Below, piece by piece: positions 26,781 to 42,125 of a DNA stretch of 64,000 nt. The translations under genes and the position numbers were made by a program. The notes below the pieces were generated by a model. That model saw only the letters and a program-made list of their open reading frames with translations, was not told where the DNA came from and searched no databases. Source of the stretch: the human T2T-CHM13v2.0 reference genome, Homo sapiens; NCBI RefSeq assembly GCF_009914755.1, contig NC_060930.1; one strand, written 5' to 3'. Position 1 is the stretch's first letter; every line of letters starts with the position of its first letter.

Positions 26781-28569
26781 CTCGTTCTTTCTTTTTAAAA
26801 ATTTCTTTATGTCTCTTTCTCTCCTCTTCCCTTCCCTTTCTCTCTTTATTTCATTCGTTCTTTCTACTCTTCTTTCTTGTAAGACAATTTGAAATAAGCA
26901 ACAAATATTTCTGAGTATCTTCAGTGGAAAACTGCATTGTTTTGAGCGTACCTTTCTGAGTTATCTGATTTTAGCCTTCCCTTGCCTTTGAGTTACTTTA
27001 CAGTTCTGTAAATTGTAGACAGCTGAGAGCAATGTAAATTTTTTTTTGTCTTTGGAAATGCAAATTTATTCTGTTCAGTGGAATTGTCAGCCCTCCTTTC
27101 TGTGGGAAAAATCAGGTTCATGTCCATTTGTAAATTCATTTGAATATTCTTTTACTTCACATAAATTTGTGCTTCTTTGACTTGTCCTTTGAACTAGTTA
27201 AAACATCTTTTCTGGTTCCCACGTGTAATAAATAGGCTAAATAAAATATTTGACAAGTGTTCCTTTTATACCTATATGACAGTTATGATTCTACATTTTC
27301 TGAAAATTACACTTTAACACTGGTTTCCTACTTTTATAAATTAAGCATTTGTTACTTTTTTATTAGAAAAGGAAGACCGCAGTAAATGTGATTTAAAAGA
27401 ATATATTGTGCCACAGCTCCACATTACTATGTCTAAATGGCATTTTTATAAAACATCTTGCATTGAATTGTCTTAATATTTCTACAAACAAATTTGATTG
27501 ATACTTATTAAACACATTATTTTCAAATCAATATGCTATATTGGAGGGTATATAAAGAAAGACAATGGCCACAATGTTAAACATCTTGCAATAGCTACCA
27601 TTTTCTTTCTAAATATCAAAGTATCTGTTTCATTTTTAAATATGTGAAAATATAAACTGTATCTATATCTACTTTTTCAAAATGGCTTTGATCATTTGTG
27701 GCTTGATCCCTATGTGGGAGAAACAATGTCTTGTTGAGAAAAATATAGGCTGCTTTGGGCATAACAGTTATTAATTTATAGAACAGGCACTAACAGATCC
27801 GTATAATCTCAAATATTCACAAAAGGCTATTTTCTTTCAGAACCTGGCCATTAAAACATAGTCTATAATAAAATGAAGAGTTAGAGATGGTGGTAATAAA
27901 AAGAATCTGATACACGGCTTTGGTAGGCCAGGCAAATCAACTGTGATTATGCATAAAATATAATATACACTAGGTTGGAGAAAATAGTAGCCATGATCAC
28001 TGCATGATCTGTTTCAATAATCAATTATTTTCAATGTGTACAAAATGAGTTTTATTAATGATTGTTTTTTGGTTAAAGTCCATAATCTACGAATATGGAG
28101 AGAAATGTTATTGTTAAGTGTTTGGAGGACCTCCTTCCCCATTCCCTTGGTTTTCACGGGGAGCAAATTGCCCTAAATCCTTCCAGCTTATTGCTCCTCC
28201 TCTGCTCCTTCCCTTGAAGATGGGTTGAGGAGGAGGTTATGGGTTGGCCAGGAGCATTAAGCAAGTGGCTTTTCCTACACAAGGAAGGATATATCAAAAA
28301 GGGGATGAAAGGCTCTTTGCCTTCATCAAAATGACCAGCTGGGCTCCACAGAGACAGCTCTAGGGGAGCAATTTGGTCTGGAATCTCCTACTTCATGGGG
28401 GAAAGTGGTGCTTCTTTTCCCTGGTCATAGCTGCTTGGATGAGGATTGTTGTCCAGGTACCATTCATTCTAATTTGCAAGGGCAAAAATAAGAACCTAGT
28501 TAGACCTCACTGCATACTCATAGCTGATAGAACATATCATCCCATAATTCTCATGGCATCCTAGAAATA

Positions 28570-28917
28570 TGCCATGGTTTGAATGTGTCCCTACAAAAGC
28601 ATGTATTGACAACTTAATCCTCAATGCAACAGTTTTGGGAGGTAGGGCCTACTGGGAAGTGTTTAGGTCATGAGAGTGGAGCCCTCATCAATGGATTAGT
28701 GTCCATTATGGAAGAGCTTGAGGCCGTGAGTTTGAGCTCTTGCTCTCTCTCACCATCTCTTTTTACCCTTCCATCAGGGAATGACACAGCAAGAAGGCCC
28801 ATACCGGGTGCCAACCTCTTAATCTTGGACTTTCCAGCCTCCAGAACTGTGAGCCAATAGATTTCTGATCCTCATAAATTACTGTTTGGTTGTAGCAGCA
28901 TGAAATGAACTAAGACA
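28570..28917 (+). mobile_element. MaLR solo LTR (MSTC/MSTD-like)
   Basis: tgccatggtttgaatgtgtcc...cttaatcctcaatgcaacag...ttggactttccagcctccagaactgtgag...aactaagaca. Confidence 0.85.
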
Positions 28918-30166
28918 GGGAGAAAGTAATTTTAAGACAATGTGAAATCCTAATATTTTACATGGTTAGATTAGTTAATTGCAGTGGCTTCTTCTCTCTT
29001 TCCAAGGCCTATAAGTAACTATCTTTGCTTTACTCAGCAAGATCTAGAAATAAATAATGGACATATATGTATTACAACAATGTATTTTGTCTCCAAGACC
29101 AATGCATTTCCTGATCTAGCTAATTTGAAACTCTATGAAGAAGACAGCCCCTCAATTTGAACAGCCTTAGGTTTTGATAATTTATCATACTGTAGATCTT
29201 ACTCTTTTGTAACATCAGGTAGAAACAAATCTTTTTCAATTTCCCCAGCTCTAGCAACAAGCATTTAAACCCCAGAGGTCTCCAAAATAGATACAAAATG
29301 TATTCCACACAGCCAGAAAGGCATCAGGATTTTCAGAAATTTTTCTTAAGGCTCTTTGAACATCTGAAAGTCCTCTACCATCATATCTCTGTTAGACATG
29401 TGAGTCCATTTGCTGGGTTTCAATTAACATTTTAGGTCACATTTTCTATTTCATCTTTCTCCTCTGTTAAACAATTGATCTCCCTACTTAGCATTTCCTA
29501 TTAAAACGTGAATTGCGATATTTTGATTACTTTTTAATATTTCTCTTTTTTAAAAGTTTTTTTCTAGAATTTTGAATTGGCATTTCATTTTATAACTATA
29601 ACATTTAATTTTTTAATTTTTACATTTTTTTCTATGAAAAAAGTAACATTTTGTACAATAGAAAACCTAAAAAATACTGAAAAATATTGGGAGGGGGAGA
29701 AGGGGAGACGTCATCTGTACTTCTTAACAGCCATGAACATTTTTGCCTATGTTCTTATGAGTCTTTTTCCCTAAAGTTATAATAAAAAAAACTTTCTTTA
29801 ATAGTGCTGTGTATAGATTTGTGTTACGAAAGTAGGACTAAAAGGATGAAATTTGTCACTCCGTTGGCTGATTCTCCGGCTCTGTCAGTGATTACTCCAC
29901 CCTTTCCTGTGTTTGTTCCACGATCCATCCACTGAAGACCAGTGAGAGAAAAAGGACACTGAAAAAACAGCCCGTGACTTTTAAACTTAATGGATGGCTG
30001 GAGGCTTTTGCTTGTTTTGTTTGTTGGTTGATTTCTTCCACCCCAGTGTGGGGAGTGTCACTAGTTGACTGTTCCTTCAGTTGTGCCAAGAAGGGGAAAT
30101 TAAGGATGAATGATTTCTGGAATTCTAAGTTACCTGAATTTTTTACTTAAATATAACCCTTTATTC

Positions 30167-30475
30167 TTTTTTTTTTTTTTTTTTTTGACGGAGTCTTGCT
30201 CTAGTTGCCTGGGCTGGAGTGCAGTGGTAGGATCTTGGCTGACTGCAACTTCCTGGGTTCAAGCAATTTTCCTGCCTCAGCCTCCTGAATAGCTGGGATT
30301 ACAGGCACCCGCCACCATGCCCAGCTAATTATTATTATTATTTGTGTGTATTTTTAGTAGAAATGGGGTTTCACCATGTTGGCCAGGCTGGTCTCCAACT
30401 CCTGACCTCAGGTGATCTGCCTGCCTCAGCCTCCCAAAGTGCTGAGATTACAGGTGTGAGCCACCATGCATGGCC
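30167..30475 (-). mobile_element. Alu (AluS-like), full length
   Basis: Poly-T then reverse Alu ending tggcc; TSD tattctt(t/a)tttt. Confidence 0.96.
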
Positions 30476-30869
30476 TATTCTTATTTTTAAAAGAAACACA
30501 TGTTCATTACTAAACAAATCAGAAAACACAAATACAAATAATTTTTTTCAATAAGCAAACACCAAATAGGATGTCATTTACCACCCATTTCTTCAGAGAC
30601 AGTCAATGTCACTCCTTCAGATAGACTTACTGGTTAAATCCATAAACATGTATTAAAATGTTTATTCTAGGCTCTTTTTTAGGCATGACAGTAAATAAGA
30701 CAGAAAAAGTCTCCGTTCACAAGAAGGCTGCATTTTGGTGGAGAAGAACAGACAATAAACAGAAAACAAATTGTGTGCAAAATTACTTTATATCATTATT
30801 AGATATAAAGATATTAGATATGAAGGAAATGAGCAGGGTGAATTAACACTTACAGAAAAAGGAGAATCT

Positions 30870-30967
30870 CTATGTATTTATGTATCTATTATCTGTCATC
30901 TATCTATCTATCTCTGTCTAATCTATTGTCTACGCATCTATTTATCATCTATTATTATCTATCTATA
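30870..30967. repeat. Degenerate (TATC)n microsatellite
   Basis: Repeated tatc/tcta units. Confidence 0.75.
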
Positions 30968-31606
30968 TGGAGACTTTATATTTTCTGCTTTGTAATACCT
31001 TTGAAATTCTTATTCTTCCATTGAAAAAAGTGGAACTTTATTCCCTTCCAAGAGGAAAAGTAGGGCAAATTTCAGAAGCATCTTCAAGTAATGGAATCAT
31101 GGCTGGGTGACACCGGTCATATCAGTTTTATACTATGCATCTTAGTTTCCTTGTGGGTTAAGGGCACAAGGTCATCTTCTCTGAATCTGTGGTCCATGAA
31201 AGGATTTGAGGGGTCTCCTAAAGTAGTGTGTAGAGGTTTTTTTTATATTTGCAATTAAAAATTGCATTAAAGTTTCAAAAATATCTATAAACTCACAGTC
31301 AAGAACTACTGGATTTAATTCCAATGCCCTCATACCAACAGTCTATGAAATCTTTGTCATGGGAATTTGGGAGCTGTTGACATCCTGACAGTATCAGGAT
31401 GCATCCATATTTATCTGGTATATTTGAGTCAGTTCAGATTTGAAGCAATATTTTGGAATTTTACGTAAAATTTACTTCTGGTTTTCTCTTGAAATCCTGC
31501 CTCTTATCTCTGTTTTTGGATTCTCTAATCTCCTAATCTCTGCAGATTTTCATTTCTGCTCTTGCAGAGTGGGTTTACTTGTGTAGTTGTGCCTGTAAAT
31601 AAAGAA

Positions 31607-31639
<33 letters not shown>

Positions 31640-31649
31640 GAAACACACA
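31607..31649. repeat. (TC)n(CA)n compound microsatellite
   Basis: tctctctctctctc followed by acacacac... Confidence 0.9.
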
Positions 31650-32489
31650 ATCTCAGTTCCGATGAATTTAAAAAGCAAGACTAAAAATGGCTTCACAATC
31701 ATATGCTATGGTCTGGAATATAATAATTTAAATCACTGATCACAAAATAAATAAAGTGCGTGTATATTGGAGGCTAAGAAAATGAGAGACAGCTGCCTTA
31801 AATCTTACTGGAATAGGCAGGGTAAGTATAAACAAACAAACAAACAAACAGCAAACATGACAATGATGAAAGTAGCCCAGGTCTTCAGGGTGGTGCAGCA
31901 GACTCTTTGATTCCTTTATGCGCTCATTTTTCATTCTGAAAAATAAATGTAGCCATCTCCTTGTAATTCACTCTTCCCAGTGGAAAATATAATCAATGGT
32001 AACTGTATTTATTTATGCAGAATTTTATACCCCATTGACATCCTCAAAATGAGTTTTCCAACATCCAGAAAGAAAACTCTCCAATACATGTCAAGGACTT
32101 TAAAGTACCTTCCTACTGACTTGTATTGTACGCTGAAACCAACAGTGTCAAAGAAAAAACACTTACGTTCCTTCACTGATGTGTCGTGCATGCCCATTCG
32201 TTTTTCTAATATTGAGTCTTGGCATTGATTCCTCTTTCCTGAAATCAAAGAGAAGAGAGCTCCAGATTTTAGATTAAGAAAGAAAGCTCATAGATGTGTG
32301 GATTTTAGTGACAAGGAAGAAAAAGTCTCAAGATCTCAAACTGGAAGCCTGCTGACTAATTGTATTTTCTAGCTCATTACGTTGGTAACTATAATTCATT
32401 GCATGGACAAGTACAACTTACCCTATAATCTATATGCATATCAAATTTCTGTAAGTTGATTTATATTTAAAACCCACTTTATATGCTCC

Positions 32490-32642
32490 CTTGCTCAACC
32501 TCTGTGAGGGCAGGTGTTCGGTCTATTCTGTTCACTGTTGAGTTCCTGATATTAATGCAGTGCCTGGCATGTATAGAGACCTTAGTAGTAATTATTTGAA
32601 TGAATACCTAAATGAATGGCTGAATAAATGAGTTAATTAATG
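32490..32642 (+). mobile_element. L2 3' end
   Basis: ctctgtgagggcagg...gttcactgttg...cagtgcctggcatg...tgaatgaa tail. Confidence 0.7.
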
Positions 32643-33715
32643 AAGATACAGTACTAGGAGATGTTACTAGTTAAGACTTCCAATGACTAATTTCTATACA
32701 TGTACATTTTCCTGATAGCAAGTTCTCAAAACTCACTTAAGTACTCTAGTGATTCTTTTATTCAAGAGCCATTTTTTTCCTCTTCTTGTTAATAGCTACA
32801 ATGAACTGAGGCTTTTGGGCAATATCTCTACAAGATTTTATTTCTATTTAGATGTGGAATGACTTGGAAATGTTACAGTTGTTTTTGGCTGAATATTCCT
32901 GATGTACGGTAATTTTGGTAAGCAGTGTTTAGTCTGTACGTTATTCTGGAAGTTCTTATAACATTCTGTGGCTGAGGAATCCAGAACCAGGAAGGGACAA
33001 GGGTCTGGGGAAACTTACCAAGTTCTGGGGCCAGCAATTGGAGGCCAATGCGTTTGTCCAAAGGCACTTGGAGAGCTCAGGCTTAATTTGGGCAGGAATA
33101 GGGGTTACAGCAAGAATGGAAGCAGCCTGGGATGCTCAAAATTAAGCATGGGATGGTGATGTGATCTCTGGATTCAGGCCTAGGTGGGATGTTGCAAGAG
33201 AAAGGCTGGCCTTGTGATGAAATATCAATCCTAGAGCCTCTATTTGGACCTGTATTAATATGACATGATCTGAGGCAGGCCATAGTTTGGGAGCAAATAT
33301 GCCCAAGGGGATATTTAAGATCTGTCCTACACCAGCTCTATGATGTTGAGCCAAATTCCAAATGGCGAGGCTAATTTCAAACTCCATGTGGAAGAGTTGA
33401 GGGTTTAATCTGCTTTCCACTCTATTCTAGAATAACTCAGGGACCAGGAGGGGTGTATCTGTACATGAGGGTTCCTGAGTAATATAGATGTGAGGCTTGA
33501 GAGAGGCAGACTGATAAAGTTAATCCATCAGGAAATCAGCACCAAGTCTTTGTTCCAACAATTCTCATCCATTAGTAAATCAAAGGTCTAAGTATCATTG
33601 TTAATAATAAGAGAAATGTGCAAATGTGTGAATTTGCAGCCCAGTGTTACACTTCTCGCAAATACTATATATCTTTTCAGGTTCCCCCCCACGATATGCA
33701 CGCATGGGCGCAAGC

Positions 33716-33753
33716 AAACACACACACATACATACACACACGCACACACACAC
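33716..33753. repeat. Interrupted (CA)n microsatellite
   Basis: acacacacacatacatacacacacgcacacacacaca. Confidence 0.85.
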
Positions 33754-33777
33754 AGGCTTAGTGTTCAGGTAGGAGCT

Positions 33778-34175
33778 TGTCAAGGAAAAAATAAATCTAG
33801 ACTTAGGATTTTATTCAAAATCCAAAAGGATTCTTTTCATTCAAAAGGACTTTTGTAAAAGGAATGAGGGGAGAGAGACGATTGCACTAAGCAGGGCGGG
33901 GCGACGGGTATTGCCCTAGAGTGAATGCTGGGACAATTAAGTCTGCAAAAAGGAGTTTTCATTTACAGAGAGAAGTAGACAAAGCTGGAAAGAACTGGAT
34001 GTGAGCTGGTGGAATGAACGGGTCTGGGTCAGATCGCAGATCAGAGAATGTTTGACTTTGAGGCCAGTGTGTTCTCAGGAGAGGCTGCATGCTGGCTAAC
34101 GCTGAGGGAGGGCCAAAGTTTAAGGACCTGGGGGAAGAAGAGAAGCTTGACCAAGATGTATGTCAATTGATCAGC
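33778..34175 (-). mobile_element. ERV1 LTR, MER67/MER31-like (tentative)
   Basis: tgtcaaggaaaaaataaatctagactta...tttattcaaaa start and gggccaaagttt...gagaagcttgaccaa end resemble reverse MER67-type LTRs. Confidence 0.5.
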
Positions 34176-34861
34176 AGAGAAAAGCAGTTCAGCTCCTCAT
34201 TTATGAGTCAAGAAAGGGAATTTGGGGAGTCTGTGTCTCCCTTGTCTTAACTTGTCCTAGGTAAACCAGGGGGCAGGTGTCTGTAAGTCTGAGTCCTACA
34301 GGTAGAGTGGTTATTTGCAGTAAGCCCTTTTCCAAAACACAATAGGGTGCAGGATTCCCTGAACAGTCACTGTTTTCCAGGATCACAAGGCTCAGGGAGG
34401 ATTTGACATGGCCAAGCTCAACTCTGGGGCAAGCTAGGGTCTCACTTCACCCTAGAAAGGCATGGAAGCTGCTGTAAATCCTGGTTCCTGCTTCAGATGG
34501 CTCAGGTCCATGCTGCTCTAGTTGGCTGGTGGAAAGAGGAGAACAGGGGGATCCTGGAAGTGACAGCAGGGAGGGCTTGCTTATTGGCCCAGCCCCTGAC
34601 ACCAACCTGGCTGAACCTCTAGCCATCCAGACCACTGCAGGCAAATGCCTAACTTATTGAATTTGTGAAGTTCCCTCTCTGCTGCCTGCATTCCCAACAG
34701 TGAAATCCATTTACCAGGCTAAATATATTTAGGGAATTCAGAATCTTGGTAGCATGAATACTAAATTTCTGTACTACTGACTGATTTTTTGGTCTCTCTG
34801 TATCATATTAGTACAAGGGGTTGGCTTTTCCAAGGCCAACTTAGCATGGTCATAAAACTTA

Positions 34862-35190
<329 letters not shown>

Positions 35191-35905
35191 GGTTGTGATA
35201 TTTGTGTGCAAGCAACCACCAAGGAATACAGTAGCATTTTTTTTCTGCATACATTTAAAAAGTAAAGATCCATATGATGCCAGGCCATTGGCCTGGGAGG
35301 CAAGAAAAACTAGCTCAAATAAAATATACTGTTTCTGATTAAGAAAACACTTTTTATTCGTATAAAGTATTTATTAGGTATTGGATTTTATAAACTGTTT
35401 GGTCCTGGAGTCTTTATTTTAAAAAGGTTATTCTGAATGCATTACCAACTATCCTGTGGAATATTTCACATAAAAGGAAGCAAAAAATGTGTGAATGTAA
35501 ACAGGCTAATTGTATGCAGATATAAATTATGGATGCTGGTCTTATGAAAAAGCATTGCTGATTTGCAGGGGTCTTACTCAGCAGCTCTGTGTCTTGTCTA
35601 AGGGGATATTTAGTATGGCTGTGATGTGCAGAATTTAAAATAAAACTTTGAATTCTGGAGAGTAAAATATAGCCCAATTGTGCTAAGATCACACTGTGGG
35701 GAGAATGAGGTTTTTATCTACCTTATTGCTCTTGACTTTGACACTCATTAGCTCTCTTATCCTACGTGTGCTCTTGTCTCCAGATGCTCTGCAAAGGCAA
35801 AGGTTTGGTCAGGCCTGTTTATGGGTCTGCAATGCTTCTCTGCAGTCACTGCAGGTGACACTGTCTCCAACACTCTACATGGTTTTCATTGCTCAAGTGG
35901 GTATA

Positions 35906-36085
35906 TCATACCCACGGCTAAGGTTAAAAAGGCATCTGGAGTCTCGGGAGATCTAGGTTATTAAAGATTCCACCCCCTGACCCCCGCCGCTTACAAAACA
36001 AATGAAAACATGAAACTTATAAAGGATGCTGTAGACAAAAGGCAATCATGTAGAACGCTGCAAACCGAAAGGCCTGTGGTATGAT
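35906..36085. repeat. Donor of the templated insertion in the Alu at 37751-37934
   Basis: 35906-35936 is copied directly and 35950-36085 is copied inverted. Confidence 0.93.
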
Positions 36086-37104
36086 TACCTCTGATGCTGG
36101 AAATGTGCCAGGCCACCACCAATTTTTATCTAAGTTATGCCAACACGTTTAACCTTGAGTTAAAGAAACTGCCCATGCCATCCCAAAGCACTGAGGAAAT
36201 AGGGAAAATGAACAACTTCCTATGTGTAAAATAATTGATCTCATATTTTATGATATGTGACACCGAATGTTGTAGAGATTTATGTGGACAGCATAAACCT
36301 TTATCTGACATGTGATGTAAATGCTTCACAGTAAATAATTAACTAGAACAGGCTGACTTTCCTTTCCAGGAATCAGGTACTGGTTAGTCCAGGGCAGAAG
36401 GACAGACTGGAACTATGAAAAAAAGCATTTTGTCCTTGTTCTAAATTATGAGTAGTAAACTTAGTATTTAGAAACAATGGGAGTTTCTAAGGTCTATAAC
36501 GATAAAGTATACTTTAAGGTAATTTTAACGCAGTCTAAAGAAGGTAGCCGCCATATTAACTCTCTGGAGGAATGGAATAAATTATATAGCAGAGTTCTCC
36601 AGCAGGATAGAATAAAAAAACACAAAGAAGCCTTGTGGTCGGGCACAGGATCTGCATTTTCCCTTGAACTGTAATGTTTGTAACTAAGTCACTCACCATG
36701 AGAATGTTTTATGGTTTGAATCTGACTATAGGCCAGATTATCTGGAAGAAGCTTGGCCTTGCTCTTGGTTCTTTTTTTTAAACTTGCTCTTCACCATAAT
36801 GCTGCTTTTTGCCTACCCTGATTGAAGAGCTCCTTATAACAAATTTCTCTTCTCAGTAACCTCCAGATTTCTTAGCCTGGACTTGATATCCAGGGCCTTT
36901 CCAACACAATTTAGTGGGTCATCTAATTTAAATGAACTAGACTATATCATAGTGTTAATATGTCAGCTTCTCTGAGCCCAAATACTTTGGTTTTCATTGG
37001 TAGCTGGAAAAATGAACTTTAAGCTAGCACTTTGGGGTCATCTATTTAGCATATATTTATTGAATGTTTATTGTAAGCAAAAGCGACACCAAAATATTGT
37101 CTTA

Positions 37105-37452
<348 letters not shown>

Positions 37453-37572
37453 TTAAGGTCACAGTTGTTAAGCGTTTGTTGCTGCCCTTTGTTGTCATTT
37501 GTAATTGGTCTTGGATGTTTTGTATACAGAAGTCTGTCAAGTAGAGACTAGCAGACGATTTGGTTAATTTCA

Positions 37573-38070
<498 letters not shown>

Positions 38071-39319
38071 CCCAATATGTGGACAGCCTGATCGTATTCC
38101 AATCTGAAGTCACGGTAATCTGGTTTGATAGTCTCTGCTGCCTACGTTGTCCAGGCAATTACCAAGGAGCTCCTCCATCTTGTGCTGGGTAGACTCAGAT
38201 TTGCCAGTTTGAAAACTGGAGATAGCCATGCTTTTCACAGAAAACACCACCATTCCATTATGTCATTTTAGATCTAAAAGAGATTCCTCAAAGTGCTGGA
38301 AGATGGTTGTTTAATTGTAAGGTGCTTATTCCCCTTCCCCATCCAACAACACTCCAGTAACCCCAGTAAAAGGCCCCCACCCCGAGGCAGGCATTCACTG
38401 CGGGATAATAAAGCTGACAAGTAAATGATAAATTATAGGACATACTAAACACTGACTTGGTTGGACAAGTTATCTCAGCTCAAAATGTGGACTTATTTAC
38501 TGAAATCTAAAGTTTAAAGCATATTTTTACTACTACTAAGATAGCTCTGTAAATGAAACCAAAAAAAACCTGTTCATAATGGCTATTGTATCTGAAAATT
38601 ATTGCTATAATAACTGGAACTCCATAACATTTTCTTAAAATTTGATGGCTTATTTTCCTTTGATAAAAATTCTACTTGTATATTAAAAAAAACTTTTTGA
38701 TGTTGTAAAAATGAAGTAATAGAATTCGGGAAGGCCACTTCCTTATGGGGCACTTAAGAGCTGAATTATCAAAGAGAACCCAGAGAAGTGGGGGAATTCA
38801 TCCAAATTTAGAAGGGCTTAATGAGCTCATCTCTGACTTTTCATCTCTATCTGCAAATGAGCTGAAAGCTGCAGCTGTTTTCACAGGCAGAAAACTGGAC
38901 TTTGGTGGACAGCCACAAAAGAGTATGTGACCTTTCATTCAAGAAAAGATAAAGAGCTATTTGTGGATATTGGAAATGCGAAGGTAACGTCTACATCCCC
39001 CAGGGAAGCAACAGCTCCGAACTCAGGGCTATCAAAGCGTTTTCAAAAGTGAGACTAGATATTAATTTAGACTAGTAAGCAGCAAAGGAAGTTTTATCAA
39101 AGCATCCAAAACAGAGTTCTTATTGCTCGTGCAGCTTAATTCTCAAGTTGAGTTTGAGCCACAAATTTAGATTCTGCTTTATCATAGAATAAATTAAATG
39201 TGATACTTTTGAAGTGGATTCAGTTTTTTGTTTGTTTGTTTTTAAGTTTACTACTCTTCTTGATTCCATCCAGAAAATGGATGAATTTAGGTGCCAAAAC
39301 TACTGGATTCTACTGTTGT

Positions 39320-39494
39320 TAGTTACAAGGTCAGGTCAATTTAAAATTTAAGATCCTAAAAATGAATTATGGGCACTAGACACTAAAATACATATGTAAT
39401 ATGCTGTAGCATTTCATATTAAAATGCTGAATACATTTAATAATGAGGTAAATAAAAAGAGGGCATTTTAAAAAAAAATTAAGTACTCCAGTGC
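39320..39494 (+). repeat. 175-bp local duplication, inferred donor
   Basis: Ungapped ~90% match to 40894-41068. Confidence 0.93.
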
Positions 39495-39861
39495 CTGGAC
39501 CAGAATTCCATCAGGCAGTTATAAAATGAAGAGCAGAGGCCAATTGACTGAAAAATGCAAAATATGTTTGTGTATGATGATGGTGTGAAAAGAAAGCTTG
39601 TCTTGTCTTGTGAGAAATAACTGTTTGTGCCTCATGGCTGAGAGGTGCTGTTCAGGACCAGTTACTCCACTGCATGAACAATCAAGCTTACAGAATATGT
39701 GTAAACCTATGATTTCTGTTGATTTATGTACTTTGTGTCTAATGTATTCATCAGTGAGTGCTGAATAAATACATATGAAACAAGATTTTTAAATATGTGA
39801 ACCTAATATATAACACATTTCATTACTCACCTTAACATTGATAACCTGAAAATTTAGGATG

Positions 39862-40082
39862 CAGCCTGGGCAACATGGCAAGACCCCCTCTCTATGAAAA
39901 ATAGAAAAAATAAGCAAATTAATCAGGCTTAGTGGTGCATGCCTATAGTCCCAGCTACTCAGGAGGCTGAGGCAGGAGGATCTCCTAAGCCCAGGTAGGT
40001 TGAGGCTGCAGTGAGCCGAGATAGTGCCACTGCACATCAGCTTGGGTGACAGAGTGAGACACTGTCTGGAAAAAAAAAAAAA
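39862..40082 (+). mobile_element. 5'-truncated AluJ-like element
   Basis: cagcctgggcaacatggcaagacc...gttgaggctgcagtgagcc...A-tail. Confidence 0.9.
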
Positions 40083-40814
40083 GAGATGTGTTATTGGGAA
40101 TTCAGGAAGTTTTCAGCCCTTCTATTATTATGCTACCATATTGGACACAGGACAGATATGAAGGTGTATTTATGAATTGATTGACTAATTTCAGAAGTGT
40201 AGTTCACACTACTCTTTAGAACTAAACTTTCTTTCTTAAACACAGTGTCTCTGATGTGGTTCCCCACACATTTATTGGAGCAACTTCTGTTTTTTTTTTC
40301 AACTGGAAAAGTGTTCTCTAATCTTTACAGAATGTGTCCCTGGGTTTCTTCAGCTTCTAATTTCCCTAGTAATAGGAGAAGAGATCAGATGTTATGTGTA
40401 GGACTTGCGCCAGCCCTCTGGGCTCCCAGCTCAGGCTCTGTTAATGACTTTGTTTAGGCCAATACTCTTATACCTCAACGCTCCAATCTCTGCCATCCCT
40501 TCTTGGGAATGACAACACAGGGCCTGAAAAAAAATACACGCTATTCTTAAGTATAATATTTTTCCTTCCATGTCATAGCCATTTTTAGATGATCAACACC
40601 TAAAATTTTATCACTAATAACCACATAAGACATAGTCTTGATTTAGTTGTGATTAGACTATATATATATATATTTCCATATAGAAATATACCCATTATGA
40701 CTTTTTCTCATTCTTTTATCTCTTTACTAACCAATATTAGTGTGTATAATAATTTTCTGTTTAATAGATTTAGCTCAAAGCAAAGCCAAAGGAAGCTGAA
40801 CTGCAATGATGCTT

Positions 40815-41190
40815 CCTATTTGTATATTAAATTACAGTTTGTAAAGCATTTGGAGAATTTTTACACATTTACTGTCCCAACAACTTTGCAAAGTAGTTAC
40901 AGAGTCAGGTCAATTTAAAATTTAAGATCCTAAAAATGAATTATGAGCACTAGATGCTAAAATACATATATAATATGCTATAGCACTTCACATTAAAATG
41001 CTGGATACATTTAATAATGGGGTAAATAAGAAGAGGGCATTTTTTTGAAAAATTCAGTACTCCTGTGCTGTTATCCCTATTTTACAGATGAGGAGAATGA
41101 GAGAGGTGAGTGACTTGGCCAAGGTCACACGCCTAGGAAGTGGCAGAGCCAGTAGTCAGGTCTAATGGCTACAAATTGGAGTATGTCGCA
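40815..41190 (-). mobile_element. MIR split by a 175-bp templated insertion (40894-41068)
   Basis: Flanks caacaactttgcaaagtag and gtgctgttatccctattttacagatgagg...aaggtcacac join into a contiguous MIR core. Confidence 0.8.
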
Positions 41191-41263
41191 GTACACATGG
41201 GGAAGGAGAAGGCCCTATGTAAGCATGTGTATCTCCTTTCATGTTAAATTTCCTCATTAGCAA

Positions 41264-41430
41264 TTTCTTTCTCTCCTCCATTCCTTTCTTCCTCCCTCTG
41301 TCCCCCCTTTTCTTTCCTTCCTTCTTCTTTTTCTCTTTGTCTTTTTACCCTCCCTCCTTCCTTCCCTTTCTCTCCTCCTCCTTCCCTCCCTCCCACCCTT
41401 CCTTTATTCTTCCCATCTTTCCTTTCTTTC
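41264..41430. repeat. Polypyrimidine (CT-rich) low-complexity tract
   Basis: About 165 bp almost entirely C/T, next to an L2 3' end. Confidence 0.85.
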
Positions 41431-41539
41431 AACAACTCTCAGTGAGCATTTACAATGTCCTAGACACTCTTCTAAATATTGAAGGTAAAATGATGAAGAA
41501 AACAACAAAAATCGTCAAACTAGGATATGGAGTACTGTA

Positions 41540-42125
41540 GGAATCAAACTGAGCTTTTTATCTCCCTGGCATAACATGACAAAAAATGTACTTCTTGTTC
41601 ATGGAAATCTGGTGCAGGTTGGAGACCCTCCTTCTCCTGGGGTTGTACCATCTGAAAAAGGTAGCTTCCAAACAGTCATGGCAGCAGGGGAAAATTGGAA
41701 TGAAGAAGACACCTTGACTCTTAATGATTTGGTCCAGAAGTGACATAAGTCACTTCTGCTCACAGTCCACATGGCCTCTGCCTGGCTGACGGGGAGGCTG
41801 GGGAATACTAGGGTGAGCAAACTATCCTTTTCCTAACCCTGTCCTCACGGAGCTTTTAGTCTGTAGGTGGGGAAGGCACAGATAATTAATAAGTGAACAA
41901 ATAATTGCAAACAGTGATAGGTACAGTAAAGAAAATAGGCAGTGGCAGGTAATAATAGACAGAGCCCAGAAAAAATTGGGGACATTGAGAAAATCTCTCA
42001 GGCTTTTGCCTTTTGGGAGGGCATCCAGCTGAGACGTGCCCAGAAAATGGGAGATAATATATGTGGGATGTTTTAAGCCACTAAGCTTGTGGTAGTTAAC
42101 CATGCAGCAGCATTAAACTACTACA
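41540..42125. mobile_element. Mixed MLT1 and L2 fragments
   Basis: MLT1 antisense motif gaagtgacataagtcacttctgctcaca (41738-41765); L2 ~41825-41990; MLT1 sense 3' end tgttttaagccactaag...taca. Confidence 0.5.

Noticed and set aside
31381-31401. Hairpin catcctga-cagta-tcaggatg (also the 9-bp inverted repeat at 23880-23914)
   Set aside because: Stems of 8-9 bp are expected by chance in 64 kb.
41264-41430. CT-rich tract as H-DNA element or ORF source
   Set aside because: Imperfect low-complexity tract beside an L2 tail. The F/S/P- and K/E/G-rich ORFs are composition artefacts.
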